From positions 55,120,001 through 55,184,000 of the forward strand of contig NC_086097.1 of assembly GCF_963921235.1 (NCBI RefSeq): a DNA stretch of 64,000 nucleotides, written 5' to 3'. Below the pieces are notes generated by a model. The model made no database searches and was not told the DNA's origin. It saw nothing but the letters and a program-made list of their open reading frames with translations. Below are positions 23,316 to 35,830 of this stretch, piece after piece. The position numbers and the translations under genes are program-made. This DNA comes from Mobula hypostoma. Lineage: Eukaryota. The number at the start of each line of letters is the position of its first letter. The stretch's first letter is position 1.

Positions 23316-26300
23316 TTTATACTTTGTAGTCGCCAAACAATTGGTACTAGAACGTACAATCATCACAGCGATATTTGATTCTGCGCTTCACACTCCCTGG
23401 ATTACAAATATTAAATATTATAAATGTTAAAAATTAATAAATATTAAAAATTTAAACTATAAATCATAAATAGAAAATAGAAAAATGGGAAGTAAGGTAG
23501 TGCAAAAAAAAAACTGAGAGGCAGGTACGGATACTTGGAGGGTACGGCCCAGATCCAGGTCAGGATCCGTTCAGCAGTCTTATCACAGTTGGAAAGAAGC
23601 TGTTCCCAAATCTGGCCGTACAAGTCTTCAAGCTCCTGGACCTTCTCCCGGAGGGAAGAGGGACAAAAACTGTGTTGGCTGGGTGGGTTGTGTCCTTGAT
23701 TATCCTGGCAGCACTGCTCCGACAGCGTGCGTTGTAAAGTGAGTCCACGGACGGAAGATTGGTTTGTGTGATGTGCTGCGCCGTGTTCACGATCTTCTGC
23801 AGCTTCTTTTGGTCTTGGACAGGACAACTTCCATACCAGGTTGTGATGCACCCTAGAAGAATGCTTTCTACGGTGCATCTATAAAAAATTAGTGAGGGTT
23901 TTAGGGGACAGGCCAAATTTCTTTAGTTTTCTCAGGAAGTAAAGGCGCTGGTGGGCTTTCTTGGCAGTGGACTCTGCTTGGTTGGACCAAGTCAGGTCAT
24001 TTGTGATATTGACCCCGAGGAACTTAAAGCTTTTACTTGTTCCACTTGCGCACCACCGATGTAAATGGGGTTGTGCAGTCCGCTACTCCTTCTGAAGTCA
24101 ACAACCAATTCCTTGGTCTTGCCGACGTTGAGGGATAGGTTATTGTCTTCGTACCACGCCACCAAGTTCTTAATTTTCTCTCTGTACTCAAACTCATCAT
24201 TACCCGAGATACGGCCTACAATTGTTGTGTCATCAGCAAACTTGTATATTGAGTTTGATGGAAACTTGGCTATGCAATCATGGGTGTACAGTGAGTACAG
24301 CAGGGGGCTGAGTACATAGCCTTGTGGGGCACCGGTTCTCAGAGTGATTGTAGAGGAGAGCTTGTCCCCTATTTTTACAGCCTGGGTCCTGTCTGTGAGG
24401 AAGTTGAAGATCCAGCTGCAGATCTGAGTGCTAAGGCCCAGGTTCCGGAGCTTAGGAATCAGTTTATTTGGAATGATGGTATTAAAGGCAGAGCTGTAGT
24501 CAATGGAAAGGAGCCTTACGTATGTGTCTTTATTCTCCAGGTGTTCTAAGGAGGAATGTAGGGCCAGAGAGATGGCACCTGCCGTTGACCTGTTGCTCCG
24601 GTAGGCGAATTGCAAAGCGTCGAGGTTGACCAGTAGGCTGTGGTTGATGTGTGCCATAACCAATCGCTCGAAGCACTTCATAGTAATTGTTGTCAGAGCC
24701 ACAGGTCGATAGTCATTCAGGCATGCCACCTTGCTGTTCTTCGGCACTGGGATTATCGTTGCCTTCTTAAAACACGAGGGGATCTTAGAGTGAAGCAAGG
24801 AGCAGTTGAAGATGTCAGCAAGCACCCCAGCTAGCTCACTTGCACAGGCCCGGAGAACCCGTCCTGGGATGCCATCTGGGCCCGTCACCTTCCTTGGATT
24901 TATCTTCAGGAACGCCCTTCGTCCTCCTCGGTGACGATGAATCTCGATGCCACCAGGTCCGGTTCATCCGGAGGGAGAAGGACGCTCCTCTTCTGTTCGA
25001 CTCTTGCGTAGAATACGTTAAGTTCGTCAGGAAGAGAAGCGCCACAGTTATTGATATTCCCAGCCTTTTCTTTGCGCCCAGTGATCTCATTTAGACCCTG
25101 CCATAGTCTACTGGCATCCCTTTGGTTAGCCTGGGCTTCCAACTTGGCTCAATATCGCCTCTTGGCGCCCTCAATGGCTTTCTGGAGTTCACGCCTGGAT
25201 TCCATGTAGCAACTGGTATCCTCGGACCCAAAAGCCTCAGCTCTAACCTTTAAAAGGGGCTTGACCTCATAATTCATCCAAGGTTTCTGGTTAGGGAATA
25301 CCCGGATCGTTTTGCGAGACACACAGTCCTCCGTGCATTTCCAAATAAAGTCCGTGACAGCGGAGGCATACTCATCGAAGTTAGCTGCCAAGTCCCTGAA
25401 TACTAACCAGTCCACCGATTCAAAGCAGTCACGGAGGACCTCATCCATTTTCTCCGTCCAACGTGACACTACTTTTGACACCATGACCTCCTGCTTCAGT
25501 TTCTGTTTGTAAGCCGGGAGGAGGAATATGGCCTGATGGTCCGATTTTCCGAAGTGAGGTCGTGGGACGGAACGGTAGGCATCCTTGACTGCTGTGTGGC
25601 AGTGGTCAAGTATATTTGGGCCTCTAATGGGGCAGGAGACATGTTGGTATAACTTTGGCAGCGCCTTTCTGAGGTTGGCCTGGTTAAAGTCCCTGGCTTT
25701 AATGAGCAAAGCCTCCGGATACCTGGTCTCAAGTTCATTGATGTTGGCATACAGTATGTTCAGAGCACACTCCACATCCGCCTGGGGGGGAATGTAGACC
25801 ACTGTCAGTATGACCGAGGTGAATTCCGGTGGCAGATAGTAGAGATGACACTTCACCGACAGGTATTCCAGGTCCGGGCTGCAGGAGTTTGTCAGTGCCA
25901 CTGTGTCCGAGCACCACCCAGTGTTGATCAGTAGGCAGACACCACCTCCCCTCGTCTTGCCCGAAGATGCCGTGTGGCCCATCTGATGGATCGAAAATCC
26001 CTCCGCTCGGATGGCACAGTCGGGGGTGGCAGGGGAGAGCCAGGTCTCGGTGAAACAGAATACACAGCAGTTCTGCATCTCCCTGCAGTAGGTGAGTCTC
26101 CCTTTAAGATCATCCACCTTGTTCTCTATGGCTTGCACATTAGCTAGTAGGATGGTGGGCATAGGGACCCTGAAGCCCCTCAGCTTCAATCTGACCAGCC
26201 GCCCAACTCTTTTCCCACGCTTCCTCGGTAAGTAGTGCATCTTTCCAGGTCTCCATTGATGCAGTGTGTTTTTGTCAGCTCTTTGTTGGTGGACACGTCC

Positions 26301-26937
26301 CGTGGGAATCGATCGCCCGGTCGCGTCGTCGTGCGCTCTAGGTCGGGCCGAGTAACGGGAGGCTCCGCTGCCACTTCCAGCTGCCGGGGGCCCGGGCTGT
26401 CGATTGGGTTGGGCCCCGAAGCCGACACTTAATCCCAGATGGCTGGGCTCATTCCTTAAGCCGAGTCACGATTGCGGAGGCCTCTGCTCCAGTCGAGCTT
26501 CGGGCTCGATTTCCGAGGTCGGCGGCGGAAGCCTCACTTCCGGCAGCTGTGGATGGCCACCAACGGGACTTTACGGTGGTCGCTTCGGGGAAGTGTCTGG
26601 GGCACTTTGAGGTCTCCGCCGTCACTTCTGTGTGGTTGTCTGCTCCGGAGAGGAGCTGGTCGGAATGGGCCGTATCTCCAAGCGCTCCAGCAGGGTAGCA
26701 GACCGCGGGTCTCCGGGAACGTGGTGGGCCTCGTTGGTCGGATCCAGGTGTGGTCCAGAGTTTAAGAAGCAGTTCTGGCACGGTGGTCTCCAGCTCGGTC
26801 AGTAGCTTCGCCAGTGTGTTGTTTATCTTTATCTTGCTAAATTGGAGGTTTAGAAGGGTTTCTCGGGTATAGGATAGTGGAGAGGGCAGTTTGCTCAGGG
26901 GAGCATGCGCAAAGCCGCCAGTTACCAGCGCCATCTT
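23316..26937 (-). mobile_element. Near full-length Rex1/Babar LINE (APE endonuclease + RT)
   Basis: ORF 25149-26240 is the APE (LANVQ, FTETWL, VYIPP, DFNQ, ILDH, SDH). ORF 23992-24888 is the RT ([22 protein letters not shown]). C-terminal ORF 23560-23916. The 5' end is AAGATGGCG. There are only a few stops and frameshifts. Confidence 0.92.
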
Positions 26938-27404
26938 TAATGGTCAAAAATAGATTCTAGAGTTCCTTCTAGAAAAAGCGACATTTTCAATGACTGTTGT
27001 GGTAAGTAGGTGAGAAAGTACTTTGCTTCCAATAAAGGTTCTCAAATAGCAGCAGCTACTGGAGATCTGAAACAAAAACAGAATAATTGTGAATATTCTG
27101 CAGGTTAGGCTCCATCTGTAAAGAGAGCAGGCAATGTTTTGTGATCTGTTGAATAGTTACATGAAATGTTAACTCTATTTCACTCTCTACAAATGCTGTT
27201 GGACCGGCTGAATATTTCCAGCATTTTCTGTGTTACATTTCTGTTTCTCAGGTTTATTTTACTGCAGGATAACCACACTACTTTGTTGTAGGGTTCGAAA
27301 TAGTAATACAAGTCAGAAGGATGTTTGATTTCATTTTGTGTTTCAAAGAATTGATTTTGTTATTAATTTTCTTTTAGATATTACAGTAGACATAAGAAGC
27401 ACCC

Positions 27405-27927
27405 ATGGAATTTTACGAGTCTCAGTATCTCCTCCTCATTATCCCAGCTGTGGTCATTGCCATTATTTTTCTGTTCTTCTGGCTGTTTATGAAGGAAACT
27501 TCATATGATGAAATACTTGCTAAACAAAAACGTGATGCAAAGCCGGTGTCGGCAAAAACTGACAAGAAGAAAAATGAAAAGAAAAAGAATAAGAAGAAAG
27601 ACAATGCAAATGGTAACATGCATGAATCTGATTCAGAAAGTGCAATACGAGACTCGGAGTTGGTAGATGTGTTAATGCCTGATGAAGAGAGGCCTGTAAG
27701 TATTTCATCGTCTCTAGGTGAAATTTCAACTGGGTTAAAAGAAAGAAAGAAGAAAGATAAGAAACCATCAAGACATTTATCTGAGGAAACTTTGGGTAAG
27801 GATTTTGAAGCATCAAAACATGCTGCAAAGAAGAATGAACCAATACCAGTTACCAAGCAACCTACTCCTCCAGAAATTTCAAGTTTTAAAAGAAAATCTG
27901 GACAGAAAAAGCACAAGAATGACACAG
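27405..27927 (+). CDS. KTN1: Kinectin coding exon 1 (exon 2): N-terminal TM anchor and lysine-rich region
   Basis: MEFYESQYLLLIIPAVVIAIIFLFFWLFMKETSYDEILAKQKR..NGNMHESDSES..PVTKQPTPP matches the vertebrate kinectin N-terminus. Acceptor ttttag at 27377, Kozak-like cccATGG, donor G|GTAAAA (phase 1). Confidence 0.96.
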
Positions 27928-28789
27928 GTAAAAATATTTCATTGTCTCCTTCCCCTCATTCATATTTATTTATGCTTTATATTCTTTACAGCTGCAGTTT
28001 GTACTTGTATCTTATTTCTGATGTTAGCTTTACTAAATTGAGAGACTTAATTAGGATGACTCAACAAATCATTTGGATTTTATTTTTCTACAAAATCCAA
28101 ATCTCTTTGCAATTTTAGATAAAAGCCTTAATATTATGTGCCTCCCAACACTTAGCAGTCCTGTCTCCTGTCATTAAATTAATAAAAATAGTTTTCTAGT
28201 GTGAAATGATAGCTTTGGTGCTTAGTTATTCAACCTCATCTGATATTATGACTAATAGTGGGGATATAGGGCAGAAAAATTATTTGGTTTGAGTATTAAT
28301 AATGAATAAATGGAAATAATCTACAGCAATAAGTTAACCATCTATTTGGGCCTTGTGTTTAAATGGATTCGGCATCAAAGGCAGTATGTACAATATGAAC
28401 ATGCCTAGACTTCTGTGTCATTTGTATGAATATGTACTTAGGAAGTATGCAAAGGTTGCCTTCCTTTAAAAAGTGTTACATCTCCTGTTGTTTCTAACCA
28501 GAAATTTCTGTAATGAGGAGGGAAGAAATTTTCCTAAACTTATCTCCTATTATTTTGTTAATAGAGAAGGTCGTAGTAAATGCTGGATAATCACAGGCAA
28601 ACCGAGGAAGAACCAACAGAAGGGGGATCATCAGGGCTGCTGGTTTTGTCTAATGGGTGTACTTGTTCTTGTGGCTGCAGTGGAGAGTAAGCAAGGTGTA
28701 TCCAGATGCATTTTGCAGCAATGATTTTAATGTAGCACAACTTTACTTTGTGTTTGTGCTGTTGCTATTGTGGCAGTTCTGACAGTTCA

Positions 28790-29110
28790 TCATTCAGACC
28801 TTAAATTCTTTAAAAGCAGTGCTAAGAAATGAAAAGAGGCAAGGTAAATGTGAATGTTCATGATTTCCTGGATGTTGCAACACAGCAGATAGAGAATTAA
28901 AGAATTGGCATGGTATACTTGCCTTTATCGATTGAAGTGTCGAGTATAAAAGTTGGGAAGTCGTATTGCAGCTGTATGGAAGTTTGGTTAGGCCGCGTAT
29001 GGGATAGTGTGTGAAGTTCTGGTCGCATAACTGGAAAGGTGTGGAGATGTTGGAAAGGTTGCAGAAGAGGTTCACCAGGATTTTCCCTGGAATAAAAAAC
29101 ATTAGCTGAA
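28790..29110 (+). mobile_element. CR1 ORF2 C-terminal fragment
   Basis: 'gaaaggttgcagaagaggttcaccaggatt' (ERLQKRFTRI) and flanking CR1 motifs. Confidence 0.65.
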
Positions 29111-29619
29111 AGGCAAAATGTTTTTCACTGTTCTATATATACCTCATATGCTTCCATCTGGTTACCTCTCAGCTTTGACTGCTCCAGAGAGAGGCTGGAT
29201 AAACAGAAGAATTAACTGGATTGAAATGTACTGATTATGTGTGTGGGGGGTGGGGTGAGTACCAAAGCAATTTTGTTTTTTTAGGTAGATATATGTTAGT
29301 TGGTGCACTGTCACAGTTTGCCTGGACTAATTTTGGTGTACAGATTTTCTTTGCTCTAGCCAGGATGTTGTGTTTTGTCCTTGAGTCTTAGCTGCTACAT
29401 GTGCTTTGTTGATTCTTGATTTCTCATAATGTGAACAGGGGTTATTGATGGTCGAGTTCCCAGTAGGATGGAGTTGGCTCAGCAACTGGTGGTTCAAACT
29501 GAATGTGGTTGCATGTGTGTAAACCTTTTACATCTGCATGTAGGATTGTGTCATCATCAAGACTTGAGGCATCCTTGGAACTGTCACCATATGTTTCTTG
29601 CTCAGCTGTCCATCACCAG

Positions 29620-31085
29620 TTGCCCCTAGATATATAGAGCACATGAGTGTTTCAAAAAAGGTGGTTTTAAGGTGCATTAAGATTGATAAATCCCTAGGGC
29701 CTGTTCGAGGGTATCCCAGACATTGTGGAAAGCAAGGGAAGATGCTGCTGGGCCCTGGCAGGAAAGATTACACCTTGACCTCAAATGAGATATTAGAAGA
29801 CTGGAGGGTAGCTAATGATGTGCTTAGAATAAAGAAGTTTGCAAGAAAATGTTAGAACTACAGGACAGTGAACCTGACTTCACTGTGGGAAAATTAATGG
29901 AGCGGATTCTGAGAGATCGATGTATCTGTATGTGGAAAGACTAGTACTGAATAGAGAGATTGAGCAGAGCTTTGTGCATGGGCATTTAATCAGGAATTTG
30001 AGTTTTTGAAGATGTGACTGAGAAAATTAATGTTACCAGGGTTGTAAACGTCCACTTGGACTTTAGTAAAGTTGTTAACAAAGTGCTGCATGGTAGACTA
30101 TTTTGAAATATTTGCTCACATTGTTATTTAGGTGAGCTCACCCATGGCTTTATGGAAGGAGTCAAAGAGTGGTTGTGGAGGGCTTTTTAGCAGATTGGAT
30201 GCTACTGACTGGTGATGCAGTGCAGAAATTGATGCTGGCCCCTGTGGTTTTTCATATATATTTGCAGTTTGAATGAAAATGTAGGTAGCATGATTGATAA
30301 GTTTGTAGATAACATGAATATTGGTGGCATAGATGGATATTGGAGATCACTTTGAGGAAGTTGGTCAAAAATAGCAGACAGAAGTTAAACCAGGGCAGGC
30401 CATAAAGTGAGACCTGGAACAGAGAGAGTACGGGGTACAAGTATATACATCACTGAAAATGACAATATATTTAGATTGGATGGTAAACATGTCTAGCACA
30501 TGCTGTCATTTGTCAGGACATTATGTACAAGTGTTGTGTTACAGTGCAAAAATACTGGATTGCACATGGTATATTTTGCATTTGTGGTAACTGTTCTATA
30601 AGAAAGATGTGATTAAGCTTGAGAGAGTGCAGAAGGATGTTACCAGGACGGAAGGCTTGAGTTATGAGAAGAGAGTGGATAGGCTGGTACTCTGGAGTGA
30701 AGGAGGCTGGGGAGTGACCTAACCAAGAGTTTTATAACGCCATGAATAGTTTAGTCAAGGTGAAAGGATCTATCATTTTCCTAGGGAAGTGGTGCTTAAA
30801 ACTATATGGTATAGGTTTAAAATGGGGGGGGGGGGGGTTTTAAAAAGGTGTTGAGAGGCAAGTTCTTCCCACAGAGTGTGGCAGGTATATGAAATGAATT
30901 GCCAGGGGAGATGGTAGAGGTAGGTGCAATTATGATTAAAAGATATTTGGACAGGTACATGAATAGGAACCATTTAGAATGATGTGGACTAGACACAGGC
31001 AAATAAAAGTAGTTAAGATTGCGTCTTACTCAGCGTGGATAAGTTGGGCTGAAGGATCTTTAACCATGCTGTTTAGCTCTGATTT
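29620..31085 (+). mobile_element. Decayed CR1 LINE RT to 3' end
   Basis: KIDKSLGP..YPR and EDWRVAN peptides, a DFSK-like motif, and a CR1 3' UTR. Confidence 0.8.
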
Positions 31086-31741
31086 CAGATGTCACAGGAT
31101 TGAAGGGCTTCAATCTGATGCTTTGGTTGCTTTGCACATGGGTTATTTGTCAGTCTCTGTTTATGTATACTTCATTCAGTTTTTCCCCTGTAAATGCTTG
31201 CAAGGAAATGAATCTCAGGATAGTTTATGGTAGCATATAAGTACTTGGATTATAAATTTGCTTTGAACGTGCTTCTTTCGGTGTGCTGCCCTTGCTTTCA
31301 GCATGTGTGGCTTTTGTAGTTTCATCAGGTTGGAACTTTATTTTGAGGTTACAGTTGGTACTACTGTCTTCACTCCTGTTTGAACCAACACTTTTTAAAA
31401 ACTTGATTACATGTCCCCACTGCTATTATTACTGTATCAAAGTATTGCAGATGGTGGTGAATATTCCATTTAATGCAATGTTAGTCTTCTCCAGCTGATG
31501 TCCTAGTTGGGAAGATGGCAAGAGTGACTGCCTCACAGTCGTTTATGATTATAAAATGGACTTTGAGTTGACTGGATTAAATTGATGTTGGGTGGTTTGT
31601 CTGTTTTTTGCCTAAATTTAGTGGGTGGTATAATGTTGCATTCATTACCACATAGACTGTTTATTTTGTGAGCTTCTTGTAAGTGGAGAATTTCGTGACA
31701 CAGTGGTGTATATGATAATAAATTTTAATCTCAACATTGTG

Positions 31742-32305
31742 CAGACATCCCACCTCTCCCGGAAGTTTTGGGAGTCTCCAGCATATTAATAGTGGCTCCC
31801 TGATGCCCGCAATTTATATACAATATCCTGCAAATCAATTTTTTTGAGAGCGAGAGCGACGACGAGAGAGCGAGAGAAGGAGCGAGCGTGCGAGAGAGCA
31901 AGCAAGAGAGAGCGACTATGAGAGAGAGAGCGAGAGAGAGAGAGCACCATGGCAGAGTGTTCCAAAAAAAGAAAATAAAAAACGTACGTCACCCCAGACT
32001 ACACTGAAGTGTACCCCTGCCGAATAGGGGTCAAAAATGATGACAGTGTTACTCGCTGTACTGTTTGCAACAGTGACTTTTCTATTGCCCGTGGTGGGTT
32101 AAGACTGTAAAAGACATGTTGATGTGAGTTTAACAGGTGTCATTCATTCATTCATTAGCATAGCCAACATTATTTAAACTAGCTGGCTAGCTGCTAAGGA
32201 GCTACTCCATTGCAGACATCCCATCTCTCCCGGAAGTTCCAGGAGTCTCCCGCAAATTGATGCTGCTACCTCCCTGAAATGAATTTTTGCAGGTTGGGAT
32301 GTCTG
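31742..32305 (+). mobile_element. Non-autonomous hAT-like DNA transposon with BED zinc-finger remnant
   Basis: TIRs cagacatccca / tgggatgtctg, with flanking duplication cattgtg. From ATG 31949: MAECSKKRK*KTY..RCTVCNSDFSIARGGL(fs)DCKRHVD. Confidence 0.75.
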
Positions 32306-32766
32306 CATTGTGGCTGATTAGACTACGTCAGGAGACTTAAAAAGTTGCAAGAAAAGGCTGGAATAAAGCATTCAAAATAGTTTTGTGATCTCAATTTATG
32401 ATTTTTAAGTTGCATATTGTTCAAATAACAATTTAAAAATTTTCCATCTTCCATTGTGAGATTTGAACTGATGTTTCTGGGTTGATAGTCTCTTGGGTTA
32501 TGAGTAACTTAACAGCTAAGCCACCATGTCCGACAGCAACCAGCGGCAATAACTTGTAAAAACCAATGTTATTTAGAGAGAATAACTCGGAGCTAAATTT
32601 TTTTTTCCCCAGTCTAAGTGCATCTTTTATGTTTCTACTGTTCTGTCTAAAGGTTTAAATGAATGGGTTGTTATGCGATCCAAAGCCCATCTATTTAAAT
32701 GATGTTTTTGCCAGAAGCATTTAAAGCCAGTAGTACTAGGTAAGGAAGGCGGTATTTTAATTGTGG

Positions 32767-35700
32767 CAACACACATCAAAGTTGCTGGTGAACGCAGCAG
32801 GCCAGGCAGCATCTTTAGGAAGAGGTACAGTCGATGTTTCGGGCCGAGACCCTTCGTCAGGACTAACTGAAGGAAGAGTTAGTAAGAGATTTGAAAGGGG
32901 GAGGGGGAGATCCAAAATGATAGGAGAAGACAGGAGGGGGAGGGATGAAGCCAAGAGCTGGACAGGTGATTGGCAAAGGGGATATGAGAGGATCATGGGA
33001 CAGGAGGTCCAGGGAGAAAGAAAGGGGGGAGGAACCAGAGGATGGGCAAGGGGTATAGTCAGAGGGAGAAAAAGGAGAGTGAGAGAAAGAATGTGTGTAT
33101 AAAAATAAATAACAGATGGGGTACGAGGGGGAGGTGGGGCATTAGCTGAAGTTAGAGAAGTCAATGTTCGTGCCATCGGGTTGGAGGCTACCCAGATGGA
33201 ATATAAGGTGTTGTTCCTCCAACCTGAGTGTGGCTTCATCTTTACAGTAGAGGAGGCCGTGGACAGACATATCAGAATGGGAATGGGATGTGGAATTAAA
33301 ATGTGTGGCCACTGGGAGATCCTGCTTTCTCTGGCGGACAGAGCGTAAGTGTTCAGCAAAACGATCTCCCAGTCTGCGTCGTGATTGGCAAAAGGGATAT
33401 GAGAGGATCATAGGACAGGAGGCCCAGGGAGAAGGAAAAGCGGGGGCGGGGGGAACCCAGAGGGTGGGCAAGGGGTATAGTCGGAGGGACAGAGGGAGAA
33501 AAAGGAGAGAGAGAGAAAGAATGTGTGTATATAATGATTGGCAAAGGGGATATGAGAGGATCATGGGACACTTCTCGCCAATATATAGAAGGCCACATAG
33601 GGAGCACCGGACGCAGTATATCACCCCAGCTGACTCACAGGTGAAGTGTTGCCTCACCTGGAAGGACTGTCTGGGGCCCTAAATGGTGGTAAGGGAGGAA
33701 GTGTAAGGGCATGTGTAGCACTTGTTCCGCTTACAAGGATAAGTGCCAGGAGGGAGATCAGTGGGGAGGGATGGGGGGGTGTGCGAATGGACAAGGGAGT
33801 TGCGTAGGGAACGATCCCTGCGGAAAGCGGGGGGGGGGAGGGAAAGATATGCTTAGTGGTGGGATCCCGTTGGAGGTGGCGGAAGTTACGGAGAATAATA
33901 TGTTGGACCCAGAGGCTGGTGGGGTGGTAGGTGAGGACCAGGGGAACCCTATACCTAGTGGGGTGGCGGGAGGATGGAGTGAGAGCAGATGTGTGTGAAA
34001 TGGGGAAGATGCGTTTGAGAGCAGAGTTGATAGTGGAGGAAGGGAAGCCCCTTTCTTTAAAAAAGGACATCTCCCTCGTCCTGGAATGAAAAGCCTCATC
34101 CTGAGAGCAGATGTGGCGGAGACGGAGGAATTGTGAGAAGGGGATGGCATTTTTGCAAGAGACAGGGTGAGAAGAGGAATAGTCCAGATAGCTGTGAGAG
34201 TCAGTAGGCTTATGGTAGACATCAGTGGATAAGCTGTCTCCAGAGGCAGAGACAGAAAGATCTAGAAAGGGGAGGGCCGTGTCGGAAATGGACCAGGTAA
34301 ACTTGAGGGCAGGGTGAAAGTTGGAGGCAAAGTTAATAAAGTCAATGAGCTCAGCATGCGTGCAGGAAGCAGCGCCAATGCAGTCGTCGATGTAGCGAAG
34401 GCATAGTGGGGGATAGATACCAGAATAGGCACGGAACATAGATTGTTCCACAAAGCCAACAAAAAGGCAGGCATAGCTAGGACCCATACTTGTGCCCATA
34501 GCTACACCTTTAGTTTGGAGGAAGTGGGAGGAGCCAAAGGAGAATATTAAGAGTAAGGACTAATTCTGCTAGATGGAGCAGAGTGGTGGTAGAGGGGAAC
34601 TGATTAGGTCTGGAATCCAAAAAGAAGCGGAGAGCTTTGAGACCCTTCCTGATGGGGGATGGAAGTATATAGGGACTGGACATCCATGGTGAAAATAAAG
34701 CGGTGGGGGTCAGTGAACTTAAAATCATCGAAAAGTTTAAGAGCGTGAGAAGTGTCACGAACATGGGTAGGAAGGGATTGAACAAGGGGGGATAAAACCG
34801 TGTCGAGGTATGCAGAAATGAGTTCGGTGGGGCAGGAGCAAGCTGAGACAATTGGTCTGCCAGGACAGGCAGGTTTGTGGATCTTGGGTAGGAGGTAGAA
34901 ACGGGAAGTGTGGGGTGTGGGAACTATAAGGTTGGTAGCAGTGGATGGGAGATCCCCTGAGTGGATAAAGTCGATGATGGTGTGGGAGACAATGGCCTGG
35001 TGCTCCTTAGTGGGGTCACGATCGAGGGGTAAATAGGAGGTATCCGCGAGTTGTCGCTGTGCCTTGGCAAGGTAGAAGTCAGTACGCCAGACTACAACAG
35101 CACCCCACTTATCGGCGGGTTTAATAATAAGGTTAGGATTAGTGCGGAGGGAGTGGAGAGCAGAGCGTTCCGAAGGAGAGAGGTTGGAATGGGAACAAGG
35201 TGCGGTGAAGTCGAGACGGTTGATGTCCCGTCGGCAGTTAGCGATAAAGAGATCCAGAGCAGGCAGAAGACCAGAGTGGGGTGTCCATGAAGAAGAGGAG
35301 GGTTGAAGACGGGAGAAGGGGTCATCGGTGGGGGTGGAAGAGTCCTTGCCGAAGAAGTAGGCTCGGAGACTGAGACGGCGGAAGAAGAGTTCCGCATCAT
35401 GGCGAACACGGAACTCGCTGAGGTGTGGGCGAAGTGGGACAAAGGTGAGGCCCTTATTGAGGACAGAGCGTTCTGCCTCCGACAGTTGAAGGCCAGAGGG
35501 GTTGGTAAAGACCCGGCACGGATGAGAGCTGGGATCAGAGCGGGGAGGGGGGAGGCTGGGGGTGGCAGTGGAGAGGGGAGGGTTGAGATGAAAGGAAGAT
35601 GGAGCTTCTGAGGACCTAGGAGCTGACAATGGGATCTGAGGGAGACGGGATTGCAGCGTATTGGTGGGGGAAGGGGAGACGGGAGTCACAATAGCAGCAC

Positions 35701-35830
35701 ATAAAGACCCGGCCTGGAGTTCAAGGCTGGAGTTGCAGTTAGTGGTTGCGCAATCGCTGTGAAGGTGTCCATGGTCGTTGCTGGAGTCCGGGTTTTGAAT
35801 ATGCCCTGAGGTGTTGGAGCCGGCAAGATC
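32767..35830 (-). mobile_element. Near full-length Penelope-like retroelement (Neptune-type; RT + GIY-YIG)
   Basis: Motifs LNKGLTFVP, PADKWGAVVV, FYLLPKIHK..PGRPIVS, FTMDVQSLYTSIP, MGTSMGPSYA, RYIDD, PFLD. The endonuclease reads GVIYCVRCSLCGLLYIGE..RLGDRFAEH..HFN. Several frameshifts. Confidence 0.93.
32829..32864 (-). ncRNA. Minimal hammerhead ribozyme motif in PLE 3' terminal repeat
   Basis: Minus strand reads AGUC CUGACGA A GGGU-CUCG-GCCC GAAA CA UC GACU. The core is intact, and the CG>CA change is consistent with CpG decay. Confidence 0.72.

Noticed and set aside
27422..27925. 167-aa and 107-aa minus-strand ORFs
   Set aside because: They are antisense shadows of the purine-rich KTN1 exon.
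32757..33359. 200-aa ORF over the PLE terminus
   Set aside because: An off-frame read of the GIY-YIG region and pyrimidine-rich 3'UTR, with low complexity.
32960..33575. Three 36-bp direct repeats resembling a CRISPR array
   Set aside because: The spacing is irregular, the intervening sequences are PLE-derived and partly homologous, there are no cas genes, and the context is eukaryotic.
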